From Eledone cirrhosa (taxonomy: Eukaryota), in assembly GCA_964016885.1 (NCBI GenBank), contig CAXHJY010000786.1:1-64000 (forward strand): 64,000 nt of DNA. Direction: 5' to 3'. Below, piece after piece: positions 55,572-64,000 of the stretch; position 1 is the stretch's first letter; each line of letters opens with the position of its first letter. Under the pieces are notes generated by a model, which saw nothing but the letters and a program-made list of their open reading frames with translations, was not told the origin of the DNA and ran no database searches. Made by a program: the position numbers and the translations under genes.

Positions 55572-55757
55572 TGCATAGATGTATCAGACAGATGTTAACA
55601 TCTTTGTCTGACGACCGATCCAGACGTATATTATTATCGTCTGTGATCCAGAAACCTTTGGTAATGGAGTAGTTATATTTTGTGTTGTTCACTTTCTAAT
55701 TAAATAGCTCTGTTCTATACATAGAGCACTCGTTTTTCCTTTGAAATTATCTAACAT
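55570..55757 (+). mobile_element. Hammerhead element family E in (TA)n, with a short 5' hairpin
   Basis: TA-flanked; mini inverted repeat tcagaca..tgtctga at 55584-55611; tail hairpin at 55707-55729. Confidence 0.8.
55602..55669 (+). ncRNA. Type I hammerhead ribozyme
   Basis: ctttgt-CTGACGA-..gatc cagacg/cgtctg gatc..-GAAAC-ctttg-GTA-atggag. Confidence 0.75.
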
Positions 55758-55879
55758 ATATATATATATATATATATATATACTCTGTTCCATGGGATTT
55801 CTGTTTGTTTTTGTGGGGGCCTGAATTTGTTTTCCCGCCCCAAAACATAGGCCGCAAGAAGCGAAGGTTAAGAAACACT

Positions 55880-55975
55880 GGAATATAATGTCTTGCTCAA
55901 GGAGGAAACGTTTCACCGGGAATCGAACTCCCTATGTTACGGTAATGAGCCGAACATCCGAGACACACCTTCACA
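55880..55975 (-). mobile_element. Head of a second tRNA-derived SINE family
   Basis: tgtcttgctcaagga..ccgggaatcgaactc gives a B-box gagttcgattcccgg on minus. Confidence 0.55.
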
Positions 55976-56480
55976 GTAATATTTAGATGCACTATACACA
56001 CAAACCTAATAACCTCCTTTTCTATCAGAACTCTTCAATGATTTCTGTATTTGACTGAGACGTGAAATAACCATCCGAAGATTGACTTTGTTTTTTAGTG
56101 TGCCTGCTTCCTTTTTCTCAAGATCAATGTGTCATCATAGCTTGTGCTGTTGTTGTTGTTAGTGGTGGTGGAGGTAATTATTGTTGTTGTTACTGTTGTA
56201 GCTACCGTTGCTATTTTGAATGATGATGATGTTGCTGCTGTTGGTGGTGGAGGCGGAGTTTTTGTCATTGTTGTTCTTACTCTTGTAGCTGTCGTTGCTA
56301 TTTTTATTTTTTATTGATGTTGTTGCTGTTGTTGTTGTTGGTAGAATTAGTGCTGTTCATGTTATGTTGACTATTGTTCTCTTGGTACTACTACTGTTTC
56401 TTCTTCTTCTTCTTGATGTTGTTCTTGTTGGTGTTATTGTTATTATCCTTATTGATTATTTCTTTCGTTTTCTTCTTTTT

Positions 56481-56528
<48 letters not shown>

Positions 56529-56934
56529 ATACTACTTCTTCGCCGTGTTTTTAATGCTCATTTTTTTTCGTTTTTTCTTTTACCATTGTCTTCTATCTTC
56601 TCCTCGCAGTTGTTTGCTCCCTTACACATAATTGCCACAGTTCGGGTTTGTTTTGGTTTATTATTGGTACCGTCAATGGTTTTATTGGTATTGTCACTGT
56701 TTGTTATTATTGTATCATTATATCACCGAGGTGCCTTGTTTTGAGGAGACCCAGGGGTGACATATCCGAAAGACAAACCCTGACTCAAGAAACAAAACAA
56801 CAAAATATTTAAAAAACGGAGAAAATCAACACAAAACTAGGAAGCGAATCTTATACACACACACACACAACATATATATACATGTGAGTGTGTGGTGTAT
56901 ATATATATATATATGTATATGTGAGTGGGTGGTG

Positions 56935-56967
<33 letters not shown>

Positions 56968-56978
56968 GTGAGTGGGTG

Positions 56979-57012
<34 letters not shown>

Positions 57013-57014
57013 AG

Positions 57015-57063
57015 GCTTCTACAGGACTAGAACTGTTTCATTCGGTAGAAATCATCAGGAAGC
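57015..57063 (-). ncRNA. Type I hammerhead ribozyme, family A variant (element ~57009-57153)
   Basis: gcttc-CTGATGA-tttctaccgaat-GAAAC-agttctagtcct-GTA-gaagc; TA-flanked. Confidence 0.88.
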
Positions 57064-57299
57064 AGCTGTCCAAGTACTATGGTGGTATTTATATCTTCTC
57101 TGGTGGTAGGAGAGAGTGGTGATTGGGATGGGTGGAGGTCATTGGTTGATGGGTATATATATATATATGGATTTATATATATATATATATATTTATTTAC
57201 CGGCGTTTTTGTCTATTTTATTATTATTAATAATACAGATACACACGCATACATATATACGCCCACATACACTGTATGTATATGTATATACGTGTGAGT

Positions 57300-60338
<3,039 letters not shown>

Positions 60339-61260
60339 ATCTCTCTCTCTCTCTCCCTCTATATAAATATAATTGCAAAGAAAGAAAAAAAGAGAGTGTG
60401 AGAGAGAGAGAACCAAGACAGATGAGAGAAAGAAGGGGAAAGGTTTAAAACACCAACTTCAAACAAATACAAACAGAAATAAAATGCACAAAAAAATGAT
60501 TGGAAAAATAGCAAAAAAAAAAAAAAAAAAGGACTCCTGAAAGCCACAAAACCCAAACAACACACGAAGAAAAACTACCAATCCAATTCCATTATCTTGT
60601 CTAAGAATTCTCTTCTATTCGACGCTGTTTTTTGCGTTTCTGCATCTTTTTTTCTTTCTCTGTTGTAATTTTTTTTTCTTTGTCTCCATTGAAATGGTAA
60701 TTAAGCAAGATGATTTCCTCTGAATGACAATGAGACTTACGCAGTAGATATAAAATCTATGCATTTTATCAATTTCACAACGGTGAAAGTGTCAAGCCTC
60801 AGGTGAAGGCTGCAACAGGCTACATTTTTGTTCGCTATGATATTGTATTTATTTTTTCCCTTTATTGTTGGTGATGGTGGTGGTAGTGGTCTTCGTGGTG
60901 ATGCCGGCGGTTTTCGTTTGGTGGTGGTATTGGTATTTTTATTCGTTAAGAATTAGTAGATGTAGAAATTATCTTGGTTTTTGCCAAAAAAAACAAAAAA
61001 CTTTATTGATCTATTTGTATCCCGTTAATAGAACAATGATATATTTTGCGTTTGTTTATCTTCAGCAGCCAGTGAGCAGCTAGTGACAGTATAGATCGAA
61101 AGTAAGGCGTTCCAGACGCGACAATCTCCTCTTATCCAACTCTTCTCAATTCCAGAAACCTTTTCACATTGGACATTGCGTATCAAATACCCAGCTATCC
61201 GATGCTTTACTACATTTCCAATGAGTAATTTGAAACCAATTTGGCTGCTACTATTATTTC

Positions 61261-61440
61261 TGGTAGTATCGGTAGAGGGTCGGACTCCATGCTTTCCAGC
61301 ATAGTTACGTCCCTTTACTGTCTGAGTTTAAATCTCGTCGAGGTTAACTTTGTCTTTCATCCTTGCGGGATCGATAAAATAAAGTACCAGTAATGTACTG
61401 GGTAATTGCTGGCCTTGTGCCAAAAGTAGAAACAACTATT
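61261..61440 (+). mobile_element. SINE, short subtype, with TSD
   Basis: Family match; actattatttc on both sides. Confidence 0.9.
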
Positions 61441-61770
61441 ATTTCGTCAGTGGAAGTGTATAGACTCTGGAAAAGGATGATTAAATGTTCAATTTGAATG
61501 TATGCAGAGGTATGTAAGGAAGATATAGCCTGGGGTCCGGAGGGTTGATAAGCATGGATTAATCAAATGCTTCAGTTGCTGTTCATGGGATTTAATGAAC
61601 GTGAGTCAGTATTGGTGATGAATGTGTTTAATGTTCGATCTGGTTGAAACCATCTCTTCAAAATTGCATTGAGTTCTAACAATGTAAAAGGTAAACAGAA
61701 ATAACAACACAATCGGTACAGTATATGGAAGGTATATATTAGGTTAACGCTTGATATAGCAGGAAGAGGG

Positions 61771-61806
61771 TCTTAACGTTTCGGATGCTAGTCCTTCATC
61801 AGAAGA
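61771..61806 (-). ncRNA. Minimal hammerhead lacking loop III (dimer-type)
   Basis: tctt-CTGATGA-a gga ctagca tcc-GAAAC-GTT-aaga. Confidence 0.7.
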
Positions 61807-61922
61807 AAGAATGAGAAATAAGATAGATTGAGGGGACGGGCGAGATGGAATTGGAAAAAATGTCTTTAGATAAAAACAACATGTTGACATCTCTTGCAAA
61901 ATATATATACATATATATATAT

Positions 61923-62116
61923 AGTTTTAATATAGATGAGATTCTACAGGACTAGAACTGTTTCATTCTTTAGAAATCATCAGGAATCCTGATGATTTCT
62001 AAAGAATGAAACAGTTCTAGTCCTGTAGAATCTCATCTATATTAAAACTTTTATACTCTGCTATGTATTGAGTACCTTACTTACTGTGGTTACCTCCGAT
62101 TCAACCCGGAATAACG

Positions 62117-62118
<2 letters not shown>
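61923..62118 (+). mobile_element. Fold-back hammerhead element family A, copy 2
   Basis: Arms 61923-61985 / 61987-62049, tail 62050-62118; hammerhead cores on both strands; TA-flanked. Confidence 0.88.
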
Positions 62119-62147
<29 letters not shown>

Positions 62148-63130
62148 TATATATGCGTGAGTGTGTGTGTGTTCGCGCATGTCTGTATGATATACATATG
62201 CTTAATAGCTCTTACCAACTGAAATGCGGTGGAAACTGCCAAATCAAATCAACTACCGTTTATATCTGAGAGCTTTCATCTGTCAACAGAAAAAAGAAAC
62301 AACAAACTGTGGAACTTTTAAAATAATTTCTGTCTGTAGATACAATAACAATGTATATTATACAAATGTATCGTGTCTTATGTTATTTATCGAAGTAAAG
62401 TTGTAGTCGCACGCTACTCTTAACGTTCAGAAGATTTATTCAACTGATCTGGTAGCCATTTTCGATAATTTTAATCTGCATGTAAAACGCATACAGTCTC
62501 TACAAGGATATTAGCATAACAATGACGTCACGTCTCCCGGAAACGAAATGGTTCAAGTCCTTTCTTTATTCGAGAACTGTGTCTAACAGTATTTGCAATG
62601 TTTGTTCCGGTATTTTTTTTTATCGAATCCTACTCTTTATTAATAGAGATTGGAATATCATTCAAAGCTTGAAAGATTGATTCTGCCTTTTGTTCACTAT
62701 CAATATTTGTGTCATTGTTGATTTGACATGCATGACCCTATGTACAATATTCATCCCTAGTAATTAGAGTTACATTATTTCCTGTTTCATATATGCATCC
62801 TGTGTTGTGGTTCCTAATTTGGTTTGCAGCTATGCCAGTCTGGAGCTAGAAAATCATAGGACATTTTTATTGGTGATAATATTTTCCTGTTCATCAAAGT
62901 AGAAGAATTAAGAAGCTTTCCGATTGAGAAATATTTGATAATGCAAAAGCATGCGGCTCAGATATAAATTACTGTAACATCACTATGATAACTATTCTTC
63001 TAAATCCTTTACAATGACGGGCGATAAATCCTTCAGCAGTTTCATCTTACTATTGGTATAAGAAGACATCGCCACAGGTTTACATTCGATTTATCAAGGC
63101 CTTTCTGCAAGTTATTATTGTTAAATTGAA

Positions 63131-63342
63131 AGGGCGGTGGATTGGCAGTATCGGTAGAGGGTCGGACGCAATGATTTTCAGCCTAGAGTTACGGCACTTT
63201 ATGATCTGAGTTCAAATCCGACCGAGGTTAACTTTGCCTCTCATCCTTACGAAGTCGATAACATAAAGTACCAGTAACACAGTGTGGTCACTTTAATCGA
63301 CTTTCAAATTACTGGCCTTTTTGCCTATAGTAGAAATCATTA
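63131..63342 (+). mobile_element. SINE with TSD
   Basis: ttattgttaaattgaaa on both sides. Confidence 0.9.
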
Positions 63343-63469
63343 TTGTTAAATTGAAATTTTATAACATGAGCTTCTAGATGATGGATCAAGGAATCATGGT
63401 ATTTGTGATGGCATTCATCTAAAATAAACAATAATACATTCCAGTTGTGATAATGAATCATGCAGTCAT

Positions 63470-63670
63470 TGACGTCTCTTTTCCCAAAAAGTGTAAAGTC
63501 TGCTCCGAGTCTCGCAGGCTCATCAGGCAGGTGCTCATCCAGGTTTCCGTCGCGTTAAGCAACTGAGAGAATAAGACTCCCCTCTGGACATGACACCAGT
63601 CGATTGCAGGGTTAAACCCGCACCTATTCCTGGTACACATTTTCAGATGAGTATACCGAAGCAACGTGAA
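63470..63670 (-). mobile_element. Decayed RTE-like LINE fragment
   Basis: VLFSQLLNATETW resembles the V...LLY..ETW motif downstream of the RT domain. Confidence 0.45.
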
Positions 63671-64000
63671 ATGTTTCATAATCAAATTATGTCATTTATA
63701 AAGTTTCTCTCGAGATAGTCTACTGAGTCTAACATATTTGAATAAGTTCCTGCTAAATAGATTCAGTACACTAGATTCCTGCTAAATACAAATTAGAATA
63801 GACTGGGATCTGAGATCAGTTTAAATATTCAGCAGAACAGGATTTCTAATTTCCGAGCATAGCAAAACAATCACCATCACTTAAATTTCCATATTCAAAT
63901 ATAATATTTCAGCCGTGTTTAATTCGGCGGCAATCACAGTAAAGAATGCGCGCCATTCTTAAAATAAATCTAGGCCATTGGGTTTCATACAAACATCAAT

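Noticed and set aside
61520-61600. EQQL..LSTLRTPG peptide resembling a PLE C-terminus
   Set aside because: Weak similarity, and it lies downstream rather than upstream of the adjacent hammerhead

Overview
Eukaryotic, AT-rich, microsatellite-dense non-coding DNA. It is most likely from an octopus or other coleoid cephalopod (inferred from the SINE family and repeat landscape). I recognise no intact host gene, and all long ORFs are translations of simple or tandem repeats. The window holds about 18 copies of one tRNA-derived SINE, four RTE-type LINE fragments, a CRE-like remnant, a non-autonomous Helitron, a mariner-type MITE and many micro- and minisatellites. The main signal is a set of short elements inserted in (TA)n tracts that carry type I hammerhead ribozymes (CUGANGA...GAAA...NUH), from at least 7 sequence families. 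Several are fold-backs with a ribozyme on both strands, and they share a conserved 3' tail hairpin and a fixed short-arm breakpoint. They are best read as pseudo-LTR remnants of Penelope-like elements (PLEs). All structures were read by eye; no folding or database search was run.
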